Shown here: piece by piece, positions 49,352 to 58,464 of the stretch
Layout of the letters: the number at the start of each line of letters is the position of its first letter
Numbering within the stretch: position 1 is the stretch's first letter
Source: Dehalococcoidia bacterium
Lineage (GTDB): Bacteria > Chloroflexota > Dehalococcoidia > UBA2979
NCBI GenBank assembly: GCA_963667465.2
Contig: CAXXDN010000002.1
Span: 1,344,001 to 1,408,000, forward strand
DNA: 64,000 nucleotides
Direction of reading: 5' to 3'
The notes under the pieces: generated by a model
Database searches by the model: none
Told to the model about the DNA's origin: nothing
Seen by the model: the letters and a program-made list of their open reading frames with translations, nothing else
Program-made: the position numbers and the translations under genes

Positions 49352-49759
49352 ATGACGCCGGAAGCGGCCGACGCCTTCCTGCGCGAAGGGCGCATCGCCG
49401 ACCTCGCCACGGTGCGGCCGGACGGCTCGCCCCACGTTGCGCCGGTCTGGTTCCACTGGGATGGCGAGGTGGTCAAGGTCTTCGCGCGGCCGACGGCGGT
49501 GAAACTGCGCAACATCGCGAACGACCCGCGCGTCTCCATCTCCGTCGCCACGCCTGGCCGGCCCTACCGCTACGTCATCGTCACCGGCACGGCCGAGGTC
49601 TCCGCGGGCGTGGACATCCGCGAGCTCGTGCACACCATGGCGCGGAACTACATGGGAGACGTCGAGGGGCCGCCGTACGCCGAGGAGATCCTCTCGCGGA
49701 TGACGCCGTTCAGCCTGATTACCGTGACGCCCTCGAAGATCAGCGGCTGGTCCGAGTAG
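49352..49759 (+). CDS. PPOX-class (probably F420-dependent) oxidoreductase
   Basis: LATVRPDGSPHVAPVWF, KLRNIANDPRVS. Confidence 0.85.
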   Translation: MTPEAADAFLREGRIADLATVRPDGSPHVAPVWFHWDGEVVKVFARPTAVKLRNIANDPRVSISVATPGRPYRYVIVTGTAEVSAGVDIRELVHTMARNYMGDVEGPPYAEEILSRMTPFSLITVTPSKISGWSE

Positions 49760-49793
49760 CGCACCATCTCACGCGCCCGGTCCCCGGCGTCGC

Positions 49794-51503
49794 TCAGCGG
49801 CGCCACTCCGCGATATTCCACAGCTCGCTGTCCCAGGCGTTCATGCGCACGCCCTGGAGCGTATTGAGGTGCGCGGACACCAGGGCCCGATTCACGAGCG
49901 GGATCTCGTAGTAGTGCTGCACGACGATGTCGTTGAGGCGCTTGACCAGCTCCTCGCGCTCGGGCCCGAGGGTGGTCGCCGCCAGCTGCTCATACAGCGC
50001 GTCGTACTCCGGATTGCAGGCGCGAGCGACGTTGTCGTCGCCCCAGTTGTTGTCGCGCCTCTGGATGTGGTCACAACGCAGGCCGGACAGGTACTCCTGA
50101 GGATCGATGCCGGGTCCGGTCGTGTACATCTGCACGTCAGCGAAGAACCTGCGGTACGACTCGTCGGGACTCTCCACCGGATCGCCGCCGAATAACAGGC
50201 TGGCATCGTGGTCCACCAGCTCGGCCTCGATGCCAATCTGACGCCACCAGTCGCGCACGAGGGCCTGCGTTTCCTGGCGCACCGTGTTCGTCGAGGTCTG
50301 GTAGACGATGCGCAGTGGCACGCCCTGGTACTCGCGGATCCCATCAGCGTCGCTGTCGACGACCCCGCTCTCGTCCAGCAGCCGCATCGCGCCCTCGATG
50401 TCCTGGACAAGGCATCCGCCGTTCGCGGATGAGACGTAGCGCGGAGGCCCCGTGATCAGGTTGCACGTCGGCCCGCCCGCGAACCCGTAGAGCCGGTCGG
50501 CAAGCAGCGTGCGGTCGATCGCCATCGACATCGCCCGCGGGATCGGCGTGAACGTCAGGAAGGGGTGCGGGTTCCGCCCAGCGAGGTACTCGGAGCGGTC
50601 GTCGCCGAGCGCGGGGTCGGGGTTCGTCTGGTTGACGACGATCCGCTCGACGTCGCTGGCAAAGGCCGTGACGACCACGCCCGTGCCGGCGCCCTCGAAC
50701 TGCGTAACCTCGTCCGGCCGCAGTTGCAGGTTCCAGGCGTAGTCGGCCTCGCCCGTCTCCAGTACGGCCCGCGCCGCCGTGATCGCGTCGCCGCCACCCT
50801 TGAGGACCACGCGATCGAAGTACGGATCCTCGCCACGGTAGTGCGGGTTGCGCTCGTAAACCGCCTGCTTGTTCGGCATGAACTCGACGATGCGGTAGGG
50901 GCCGGTGCCCAGCGGAAGCGTGTTCTGCTCCTCGCAGGATGTAGCCGCCGCGCCGACGCAGCCGGCGAACTGCGCGCTGCTGAGGATCGGTGAGCCAGCG
51001 CTCACGAAGGCGTTGTACGGGTACTGCGTGGGCGCATCGAAGGTGATGCGCACGGTGAGCGCATCGACAGCCTCGACGGTGGCGATCTCGGCGAAGGCGC
51101 TATGCGCGATGCAGCCCGTGGCCTCGTCGGTGCAGTAGCGCCAGGTGAAGACGACGTCCTCGGCGGTCATGTCGCTGCCGTCGGACCACTTGAGGCCCTC
51201 GCGCAGCGTCCAGGTCATCGACATCAGATCGGCGGACAGCCCGCCGTTCGCGAGCGTCGGGATCTCGGCGGCGAGCCGCGGCACGAGGTTGCCGTCCGGA
51301 TCGTAGCTGGCCAGCGGTTCGAGCGTGATCGCCCCGCCGTCCCGATCCTTTGTGCCCGCCGCCAGGTATGGCCCGGGCAGCGTCGGCGCCTGCCAGTAGA
51401 GGATGGTCAGCACCCGCTCCTCCGAGGACTGGAACGGGTTGCAGGCCGCGAGCAGCAGCATGAGGGCCGTCAGGCCAAGAGCGAGCGTCCGGCGCGTGCG
51501 CAT
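49794..51503 (-). CDS. Peptide/nickel ABC transporter substrate-binding lipoprotein (family 5)
   Basis: Lipobox LLAAC, LKWSDG..TAEDVVFTW, GTGPY; AGGAGG RBS. Confidence 0.9.
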   Translation of the reverse strand: MRTRRTLALGLTALMLLLAACNPFQSSEERVLTILYWQAPTLPGPYLAAGTKDRDGGAITLEPLASYDPDGNLVPRLAAEIPTLANGGLSADLMSMTWTLREGLKWSDGSDMTAEDVVFTWRYCTDEATGCIAHSAFAEIATVEAVDALTVRITFDAPTQYPYNAFVSAGSPILSSAQFAGCVGAAATSCEEQNTLPLGTGPYRIVEFMPNKQAVYERNPHYRGEDPYFDRVVLKGGGDAITAARAVLETGEADYAWNLQLRPDEVTQFEGAGTGVVVTAFASDVERIVVNQTNPDPALGDDRSEYLAGRNPHPFLTFTPIPRAMSMAIDRTLLADRLYGFAGGPTCNLITGPPRYVSSANGGCLVQDIEGAMRLLDESGVVDSDADGIREYQGVPLRIVYQTSTNTVRQETQALVRDWWRQIGIEAELVDHDASLLFGGDPVESPDESYRRFFADVQMYTTGPGIDPQEYLSGLRCDHIQRRDNNWGDDNVARACNPEYDALYEQLAATTLGPEREELVKRLNDIVVQHYYEIPLVNRALVSAHLNTLQGVRMNAWDSELWNIAEWRR

Positions 51504-51605
51504 GAGCCTCCTCCTGAGACCCGATACACGTCTTGGCGTGGCGATGGTGGCCGAGCCCGCCCCACACCGCAAGTCCCGGCAGACGGCGGGCTGCCCGAAG
51601 CGTCG

Positions 51606-52760
51606 CTACGCCGCCCGCCAGGCCACCTCGCCGCCGAGTACGGTGCAGGCGGGAGCGAGGTTCAACTCGCCCTCGACGCTGTGCCCGGACATGTCGACCC
51701 AGGTAACGGGGCCTTCGACGAGATCGAAAACCGCGGCGTCACCGGCCATGCCGGGCGCGAGCGAGCCGATCTCGTCGCCCAGCCCGAGGACCGCAGCCGG
51801 AGCGGCGGTGCTCGCCTCGACGGCGTCCCCGAGTGACATGCCGAGCGCATGCAGCTGCGGGATCAGCTCGTGCATGCCGTAGGTAACGCGGCCCGGCGGG
51901 GGGACGTGGATGTCGGTGCTGATCGTCGAGGGCGGGAAGCCCTGCGCGATCGCCTGCCTCGTGACCTCGATGTCGAAGTGCACGCCGGCGTGGCCGACGT
52001 CCATCACCACGCCGCGCTCGCGCGCCGCCAGCACCTCCGGCCGCACCGCCCCGCGCCCGTCGAGCATGTGCTCGGTGTGCCCGTTGTAGGCGTGCGTCAC
52101 CACATCGCCCTCGCCGAGCAGCTCGAGAATCTCGGGCAGCGGGATCGGCGTGCCGCTGACGTGCACCATCAGCAGCGAGCCGGAGTCGTCGGCCGCCTGG
52201 CGCGCCAGTGCCAGCGCCTCGCGCGCGTCCCAGTGCGCGACGGCGTCGCGCTGCATCCGCACTTTCACACCGAACAGGAAGCCGGGGTTGGCGCGGATCT
52301 CGGCGGCGGTCGCGTCGGCGTCGATCAGCCGCAGGTCGCGCAGCTCGCCGCCGACCGTGCGCCCGTGCGCCAGCCCGACGGCGCCGATGTGCAGCAGCGC
52401 GAGCAGCCGCACGCGATGCGCCGGGAAGACGTAGTCGCGCATCGCCCCGTAGTTGGCGATGCCCGCGCTCCCGGCGTCGAGGCCCGTCGTCACCCCCGAG
52501 GGCAGGCAGGACGCGTCGGCGTGAACCGCGCTGGTGGTGCCGCCGTGATAGAAGTGCCCATGCAGGTCGATCAGTCCGGGCGTCACCAGCCGCCCGCTCA
52601 CGTCGACAACCTCGACGGCCGTCCCTGCATCGACGCGATCGGCGACGGCGCTGACCCGCCCGCCCCGGAACGCGACGTCACGCTGTGCGTGGACGCCCTG
52701 CGCCGGGTCGAGCAGCGTCCCGCCGCGCAGCAGCAGATCGTGCCTTGGGGCTTCAGGCAT
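51606..52760 (-). CDS. Amidohydrolase/deacetylase (dihydroorotase-like subgroup)
   Basis: PGLIDLHGH, GVTTGLDAGSAG, GVKVR, MVH, THAY, DVGH, ISTD. Confidence 0.85.
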   Translation of the reverse strand: MPEAPRHDLLLRGGTLLDPAQGVHAQRDVAFRGGRVSAVADRVDAGTAVEVVDVSGRLVTPGLIDLHGHFYHGGTTSAVHADASCLPSGVTTGLDAGSAGIANYGAMRDYVFPAHRVRLLALLHIGAVGLAHGRTVGGELRDLRLIDADATAAEIRANPGFLFGVKVRMQRDAVAHWDAREALALARQAADDSGSLLMVHVSGTPIPLPEILELLGEGDVVTHAYNGHTEHMLDGRGAVRPEVLAARERGVVMDVGHAGVHFDIEVTRQAIAQGFPPSTISTDIHVPPPGRVTYGMHELIPQLHALGMSLGDAVEASTAAPAAVLGLGDEIGSLAPGMAGDAAVFDLVEGPVTWVDMSGHSVEGELNLAPACTVLGGEVAWRAA

Positions 52761-52797
52761 CGCCGTTAGTCCCTTCCGGCCTTACGCGCGCGGGTGC

Positions 52798-53040
52798 TCA
52801 CGCTCCGCCAGCCACGAGTAGATCGGCCGCTGCCACCCCCAGTGCATCGGCGAGTGCATGGATGTTGTCGAGCGAGATGTTGCGCTCTCCTCGCTCGACC
52901 GAGCCGACGTAGGTCCGATGTAGCCCGGCAAGGTCAGCGAGCGCCTCCTGCGAGAGCCCGCGAACACGCCGTAGCCCGCGCACGCGCTCCCCGAACGCAC
53001 GCCGTCGCTGCTGCACCCGCGCCGACCGTTTGCGCACCAC
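52798..53040 (-). CDS. XRE HTH regulator of the restriction-modification controller (C) protein type
   Basis: FGERVRGLR..GLSQEALADLAGLHRTYVGSVERGERNISLDNI; C-box upstream. Confidence 0.85.
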   Translation of the reverse strand: MVRKRSARVQQRRRAFGERVRGLRRVRGLSQEALADLAGLHRTYVGSVERGERNISLDNIHALADALGVAAADLLVAGGA

Positions 53041-53064
53041 TTGCCCAAGGGCACGCTAGGCCGG

Positions 53065-53099
53065 TTGATGACAATATATCGACAGACTATAAGTAGCAT
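53065..53099 (-). promoter_or_regulatory. Double C-box operator
   Basis: Minus strand ATGC-TACT-TAT-AGTC-TGTC-GATA-TAT-TGTC-ATCAA fits the GACT-N3-AGTC-N4-GACT-N3-AGTC architecture, 24 nt upstream of the C gene. Confidence 0.75.
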
Positions 53100-53119
53100 T
53101 CAGGCTAGTGAGGTGCAGG

Positions 53120-54241
53120 TTGGGATCTTTGTGGCAATGGTGGAGTGGACTACGCCGGCGGTGGAAGGTCGCTTGGGTCATCGGCGCGCTGTTCGCCGCG
53201 CTCATAGTCCTCGGTGCCATCTCGCCTGCACCAGAGGAGGAGCAGGCACCTGACGGCGACCGGCAGGCCACAGCCACAGCGCCGACCGCGGCAACAGCGA
53301 CGCCAGCGCAAGCGCTCGCTCCGAGCGCCAGCCCGTCGCCAGCAAGCGAAGGCACACCGACGCCAACCCCCGAACCGACACCAACCGCCACACCTGAGGC
53401 GACGCCAGAAGATCCTTCGCTTGGTGATCGGGTTCAGGTCGGCAGCCTGGACCTTACCGTCCTCGGGATCGAGCGAATCGATACGACCGACTTCAACTCG
53501 TTCAACGACCAGAATCTCCGAGTCCGCGTACTCGCGACGAACGCTCGCGGGGATGAGGGTGCGGAGTACAACCTGTCGGCGTTCTGGGCCTTCAAACTCG
53601 TCGATCCGAATGGCGTCGTTCATGACGCTGGATTGAGTTGTGCTGGCTGTCCGTCGCAGATCGGAGAGGTCTACCTTCCGCCGGGTCGCAGCGTTCTCGG
53701 GTACGTATACTTTGAGTTCCTACCGGATCGTGAGCCGGTCGAACTGATCTACGAACCGCTCCTCTCCCGCAACAAGGCAAGAATCGATCTCACGCAGACA
53801 GGGAACGAGGCCGGCACGGAACCCTCGGTGCCAGCGCCGGAGCGCCTCCCCAGGCAACCGAGGGTTGGCGACGTGGTCCAGGTCGGAAGCCTCGACCTCA
53901 CTGTCCTCGATCATGGCCCGGTCGAGACCGACAGCTACAACCGATTTAGCACCGCGAACTATGCAGTGCGCGTTCTGGCGCGGAACGTCCGGGGAGACGC
54001 GGACGACGAGTACAACGTCTCCGCATTCCTCGGCTTCGAACTAGTCGACGCGGACGGGATACACCGCGACGCTGACTTCGGCTGCGCGGACTGCCCGGAG
54101 GCGATAGACGACGTCGATCTCGTCCGTGGGGGACATATCGAAGGTCTTGTGTACTTCGAAGTGCCGGATGACGTAGAGATCGTTGAGTTGCGCTATGCGC
54201 CCCTGTGGTCGATGAACGTCGCTCGGATCTGGCTGCACTAG
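53120..54241 (+). CDS. Membrane-anchored protein with Pro/Thr linker and two tandem DUF4352/MPT63-like domains; start uncertain (53108-53129)
   Basis: TM helix; internal repeat GD.VQVGSLDLTVL...EYN.SAF..F.LVD..G...CxxCP...G.VYFE. Confidence 0.75.
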   Translation: MGSLWQWWSGLRRRWKVAWVIGALFAALIVLGAISPAPEEEQAPDGDRQATATAPTAATATPAQALAPSASPSPASEGTPTPTPEPTPTATPEATPEDPSLGDRVQVGSLDLTVLGIERIDTTDFNSFNDQNLRVRVLATNARGDEGAEYNLSAFWAFKLVDPNGVVHDAGLSCAGCPSQIGEVYLPPGRSVLGYVYFEFLPDREPVELIYEPLLSRNKARIDLTQTGNEAGTEPSVPAPERLPRQPRVGDVVQVGSLDLTVLDHGPVETDSYNRFSTANYAVRVLARNVRGDADDEYNVSAFLGFELVDADGIHRDADFGCADCPEAIDDVDLVRGGHIEGLVYFEVPDDVEIVELRYAPLWSMNVARIWLH

Positions 54242-54300
54242 ACAGCAGGAAGTGCGTTCGTCCCTTCCGGCGTCCGACACTCGCGGGGCTACGCCGCGCG

Positions 54301-54344
54301 CCCCCTCACCCCAACCCTCTCCCGCCAGGGGAGCGGGGGCCGGA
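54301..54344 (+). repeat. REP-like palindromic repeat, copy 1
   Basis: CCCCTCACCCCAACCCTCTCCCGCCAGGGGAGCGGGGGCCGGA. Confidence 0.75.
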
Positions 54345-54382
54345 GGGCCGCCCCGGGCGCTACACGGCCGGGACCGCGAGGG

Positions 54383-55150
54383 TTAGCGGCCCTTCCAAAC
54401 CGGCTGGCGCTTCTCCGCGAAGGCGCGCGGGCCCTCCTTGATGTCCTCGCTGAACTTGATCGGGGCGAGGATGTGCTGGGCGATCTGCATGCCCTCCTGG
54501 CGGGTCAGGGTGACGCCGCGGTAGAGCACTTCCTTGAGGCCGCGCACGGAGAGCGGCGCGTTCTCCTCGAGGATCGCGGCGAACGCCTCGACCTCTTCGT
54601 AAAGCTTGTCGTCCGGCACCACGCGCGTCGCGAAGCCCATCTCCAATGCGCGCTGCGGCGTGATGTATTCGCCCGTCAGCACGACCTCGAGGGCGTTCCC
54701 GAGGCCAATGATGCGTGGCAGATCCACCGTCCAGGCGGGCATCAGGCCGCGCTTGACCTCGCGGATGCCGAGCGTTGCCTGGTCGGACACGAAGCGGAAG
54801 TCGGAAAGCTGCGCAAGCTGCCAGCCGCCCGCGAGGCAGTAGCCACGGATGGCGGCGATGACGGGCTTCCAGACACCGTCAGGCATGGCGTTGCCGATAG
54901 TGTGCTTCTTGCTCCAGTCCTCGCCGCTCGCGTCCACCTGGGCGCGCTCCTTGAGGTCCATGCCGGAGCAGAACGAGCGCCCCGCGCCGGTGAGCACGGC
55001 GATCCAGATGTCGTCGTTGTTCTTGACTTCCTCCCAGGCGTCGGCCAACGCCTGGTTGAGGGCGTAGCTCAGCGCGTTGTGCACCTCGGGCCGGTTCATC
55101 GTCAGCCAGGCGACGTGCCCCCTGACCTCGAACTTCAGCTCGTCCGCCAT
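54383..55150 (-). CDS. Enoyl-CoA hydratase/isomerase family protein
   Basis: MNRPEVHNAL, FCSGMDL, KPVIAA, EVKRG, EGPRAFAEKR. Confidence 0.92.
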   Translation of the reverse strand: MADELKFEVRGHVAWLTMNRPEVHNALSYALNQALADAWEEVKNNDDIWIAVLTGAGRSFCSGMDLKERAQVDASGEDWSKKHTIGNAMPDGVWKPVIAAIRGYCLAGGWQLAQLSDFRFVSDQATLGIREVKRGLMPAWTVDLPRIIGLGNALEVVLTGEYITPQRALEMGFATRVVPDDKLYEEVEAFAAILEENAPLSVRGLKEVLYRGVTLTRQEGMQIAQHILAPIKFSEDIKEGPRAFAEKRQPVWKGR

Positions 55151-55187
55151 CTGTCCGTTCCCTTCCCGCGATTCGCTTGCCTCGCCG

Positions 55188-56300
55188 CTACGCTCCCGCG
55201 GCGGCGTGTCCCATCCGCTCGAGGGTGTCGTAGGCCTCTTCCATCAGGTCGAACACCACCTGCCGCGCGGGCTTGATCTCCTTGACGAAGCCGACGCCCT
55301 GCCCGGCGGCGACCGGGCCCGCCCAGTCCTCGAGGTCCCAGTCCTCCGCCGCCTGCAGCAGCTTGCCGCCGACGATGTCCTGCAGCGGCATCGGCAGCGG
55401 CTCGGGCGAGCCCTCAGCCTCCCACGCCTCGTAGTACTTGTTGCGGATGCCGCGGTTGCGCTTGCCGTCCATCGCGGTCGAAACCCAGGCGTCCTGGTTC
55501 TGCGCCTGCAGCAGCCGCTGCTTCTCCCACTGCTTCGTCTCCGACTCGTGCGTCGCCTGCCAGATCGTGCCCGTCCAGACGCCGACCGCCCCGAGGGCGA
55601 GCGCGGCGACGATGTGCGCGCCGGTCGTGATCCCGCCCGCCGCGACGATCGGCGTGTCGTGGGCCTCGGCCAGCGCGGTCACCTCGCGGACCAGCGAGAA
55701 GGTGCCCATCCGGCCGGTGTGGCCGGCCGAGTCCTGCCCCTGCGCGATGATCAGGTCGAGCCCCGCCTCGAGTTCGCGCGCGGCCTGCCTCGCGAGGCCG
55801 ATCAGGCCCCAGACCTTCACCCCCGCATCGTGCATCTCGTTCAGCACGAACGCGGGGCTGCCGAGGCCGGAGGCGAAGATCGGGATCTGCTCCTCCATCA
55901 TGATCTCGAGCTTGGCGCGCGTCTCGGCCAGCCCGCGCAGCCGTGTGTTGCCCCACGGCGCCGGCGTCTTGGGCTCGGGGATCTCGTTCTCCTCGATCAG
56001 CCGATCGATGAAGTCCCAGTGGCTCTGCGGGATCTGTGACTCCAGCTCCTCGCGCGTGCCTTCGACGTAGGAGGACGGGATGGTGATGTCGACGCCGAAG
56101 GGGCGGTCGCCGACGCGCTCTTTGACCCAGCGAATGTTGGTGCGCATCTCCTCGGCGGTGACGGTGCTCTGGCCGAGCATGCCGATGCCGCCCGCGTTGG
56201 AGACCGCGACCGTCACGTCGCGCGTGTGCGCGAAGGCGATGATCGGGTATTCGCAGCCGTACTCCTCGCAAAGCCGCGTCTGCAGCGGGTCTTGCGCCAT
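55188..56300 (-). CDS. Nitronate monooxygenase / FabK-like flavoprotein
   Basis: AVSNAGGIG, IAQGQDSAGHTG, AAGGI..G, LGAVGVWTGT, AGQGVG; GGAGGTG RBS. Confidence 0.88.
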   Translation of the reverse strand: MAQDPLQTRLCEEYGCEYPIIAFAHTRDVTVAVSNAGGIGMLGQSTVTAEEMRTNIRWVKERVGDRPFGVDITIPSSYVEGTREELESQIPQSHWDFIDRLIEENEIPEPKTPAPWGNTRLRGLAETRAKLEIMMEEQIPIFASGLGSPAFVLNEMHDAGVKVWGLIGLARQAARELEAGLDLIIAQGQDSAGHTGRMGTFSLVREVTALAEAHDTPIVAAGGITTGAHIVAALALGAVGVWTGTIWQATHESETKQWEKQRLLQAQNQDAWVSTAMDGKRNRGIRNKYYEAWEAEGSPEPLPMPLQDIVGGKLLQAAEDWDLEDWAGPVAAGQGVGFVKEIKPARQVVFDLMEEAYDTLERMGHAAAGA

Positions 56301-56415
56301 CCGTCTCACCTCCGCGCCGCCGGCGCTCCCGAGGCCGGCGCAGCCGATGATAGCGCCCCGCCTGATGCCCGCGACCCCGGCGCTTTGCCGGACTGCTGCG
56401 ATACTGTGCCGAAGG

Positions 56416-56452
56416 CCCTCACCCCAACCTCTCCTTCGGGGAGAGCGGGAGC
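56416..56452 (+). repeat. REP-like palindromic repeat, copy 2
   Basis: CCCTCACCCCAACCTCTCCTTCGGGGAGAGCGGGA. Confidence 0.65.
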
Positions 56453-56479
56453 GGATGGGCAGGAGCAGGGGAGGCGCGC

Positions 56480-57418
56480 ATGTCCGGGCAGCAGGCCGAA
56501 CGCAGGGTGGCGCTGGTGACCGGCGCCAGCCGCGGCATCGGCAAGGCGACCGCCGTCGCCCTCGCCGAGGCCGGCTACGACGTGATCGCCGCCGCCCGCA
56601 CCCTCGAGGAGGGCGAGCCGCAGGAGCTGGCGGAAACCGTCCACGAGTCGAACGTGCAGCCCGTCCCCGGCGGCAGCCTGCGCGACACCGTCGCGCAGAT
56701 CGAGCAGACGGGACGGCGCGGGCTCCCCGTCCGCTGCGACCTGATGAGCCGCGCCGACATGGACGCGCTGATCGAGACGGCGATTGCCGAGTTCGGCGGC
56801 ATCGATGTCTTCGTCAACAACGCGCGCTACGTGGGGCCGGGCTTCAAGGACCGCTTCCTCGACACGCCCTACGAGGTCCTCGAGGACTCGATGCGCGTCA
56901 ACGCGCTCGCGCCGCTCTACCTGCTCACGATGATTGCGCCGCTGATGGTCGAGCAGGGCAGCGGGCTGATCCTGCACATCAGCTCGCTCGAGGGCGTCAT
57001 GGAGTCGGCGAAGCTGCCGACGGGGCACTGGACCGGTCGCGGCGGCCTCTCCTACGGGGTCAGCAAGGCGGCCTTCAACCGCATCGGGCCCGCGCTCGCC
57101 AAGGAGCTGCGCGAGGACGGCATCGCCGTCGTCAACGTCGAGCCGGGCGATGTGGCGGTGGAGCGCAAGGCGGTGCAGCGCGGCGACGCCTACGACCCGC
57201 GCAACCACGACTCGCCGCTGGCGGCGGCGCGCACCTGCGCGCTCATCGCATCCTCGAAGCATCCGCTGTTCTACTCGGGCCTCACGGTCTACGCGCCGGA
57301 GTTCGCGGTTGAGCGCGGCCTGATCGAGCCGGAGCAGGCGGCGCCCGGACGCCGCGAGGAGTGGGGCCAGCCGGGCCGCCTCCTGCCCTTCTACAGCAAC
57401 ATGGCCCACGAGCGCTGA
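56480..57418 (+). CDS. SDR oxidoreductase
   Basis: TGASRGIG, VNNA, YGVSK. Confidence 0.88.
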   Translation: MSGQQAERRVALVTGASRGIGKATAVALAEAGYDVIAAARTLEEGEPQELAETVHESNVQPVPGGSLRDTVAQIEQTGRRGLPVRCDLMSRADMDALIETAIAEFGGIDVFVNNARYVGPGFKDRFLDTPYEVLEDSMRVNALAPLYLLTMIAPLMVEQGSGLILHISSLEGVMESAKLPTGHWTGRGGLSYGVSKAAFNRIGPALAKELREDGIAVVNVEPGDVAVERKAVQRGDAYDPRNHDSPLAAARTCALIASSKHPLFYSGLTVYAPEFAVERGLIEPEQAAPGRREEWGQPGRLLPFYSNMAHER

Positions 57419-57466
57419 GGCCCGCGCCGACACTCCAAGACCGGCTGCCGCCTGTATCCTCTGCCC

Positions 57467-57976
57467 ATGACCGCCGCGCCGACCGACGCCGCATCCGAGG
57501 CCAGGCTGGACGAGCGCCTGACCCGCCTCGCCGCGGCGCGCGAGGCGTTGCTCGGCGCTCTGCGGGACCTCGATCAGCCGCACTTCGTACGCCGGCCGCC
57601 GGACCCAGCCGCCGAGGGCGACCGGCGCTGGTCGATCCGCGAGGTGCTGTGGCACGTCGCCGACTCCGATCGCTGCTGGCGTGGGTGGATCGAGGCGGCG
57701 CTGCGCGGCGAGGCCGTGACGCGCTTCCGCGGCGTCCGCCGCCCCGCTCACCTCAACACCCTGCCGCAGCTGACGGAGAGCCTCGAGGAGCAGCGCGCCA
57801 CCACGCTCGCGCTCCTCGGTGGCCTCGGCGCGGACCCGGACGTGACGACGCGCCACCCGACGCCGTCCCACGCGCGCTCGATCCTCGAGGTGCTGGACCA
57901 CCTCGCCAACCACGACCGCGATCACGCCGAGCAGATCGCGGCGCTCGCCGCGCTGCCGCCCGGGGAGGAACGCTGA
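57467..57976 (+). CDS. DinB family protein
   Basis: WSIREVLWHVAD, HLANHDRDHAEQI. Confidence 0.8.
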   Translation: MTAAPTDAASEARLDERLTRLAAAREALLGALRDLDQPHFVRRPPDPAAEGDRRWSIREVLWHVADSDRCWRGWIEAALRGEAVTRFRGVRRPAHLNTLPQLTESLEEQRATTLALLGGLGADPDVTTRHPTPSHARSILEVLDHLANHDRDHAEQIAALAALPPGEER

Positions 57977-58464
57977 TGGGAACGCGATTGCGCCGCGAGG
58001 GCACGCTGCCATGGCTGCCCGGCTTCCGCTACGGCGCGCTGCTGCCGCCGCTCGCCCTCAACCTGCTGGTCAGCGACACCGAGCGCGCCGCTGCCTTCTA
58101 CCGCGACGTCCTCGATGCCGAGGTGCACTACCGCGACATCGATTTCGCCGCCGTCCGCGTCGGCCCCGCCGAGGTGATGCTGCACGCCGACCACACCCAC
58201 GACGAGCACCCCTGGAGCACCGACCTCGCCGAGGGCGCGACGCGCGGCGTCGGCGCGCAGCTGCGGCTGCTCGGTATCGACCCCGACGCCGTCGAGGCGC
58301 GCGCCCGCGAGCATGGCGCGCAGCTCGTCGCCGCGGCGACGGACAAGGGCCACGGCTGGCGCGAGACGCTGGTGCGCGACCCGGACGGCTATGAGTGGGC
58401 CGTCGGCGTACTGATCGAGCCCGCGAAGGGGCCCTTCGGCCCTCACGAGGTGAGCGCACCGTGA
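57976..58464 (+). CDS. VOC/glyoxalase family protein
   Basis: LLVSDTERAAAFY, HGWRETLVRDPDGYEW. Confidence 0.85.
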   Translation: MGTRLRREGTLPWLPGFRYGALLPPLALNLLVSDTERAAAFYRDVLDAEVHYRDIDFAAVRVGPAEVMLHADHTHDEHPWSTDLAEGATRGVGAQLRLLGIDPDAVEARAREHGAQLVAAATDKGHGWRETLVRDPDGYEWAVGVLIEPAKGPFGPHEVSAP

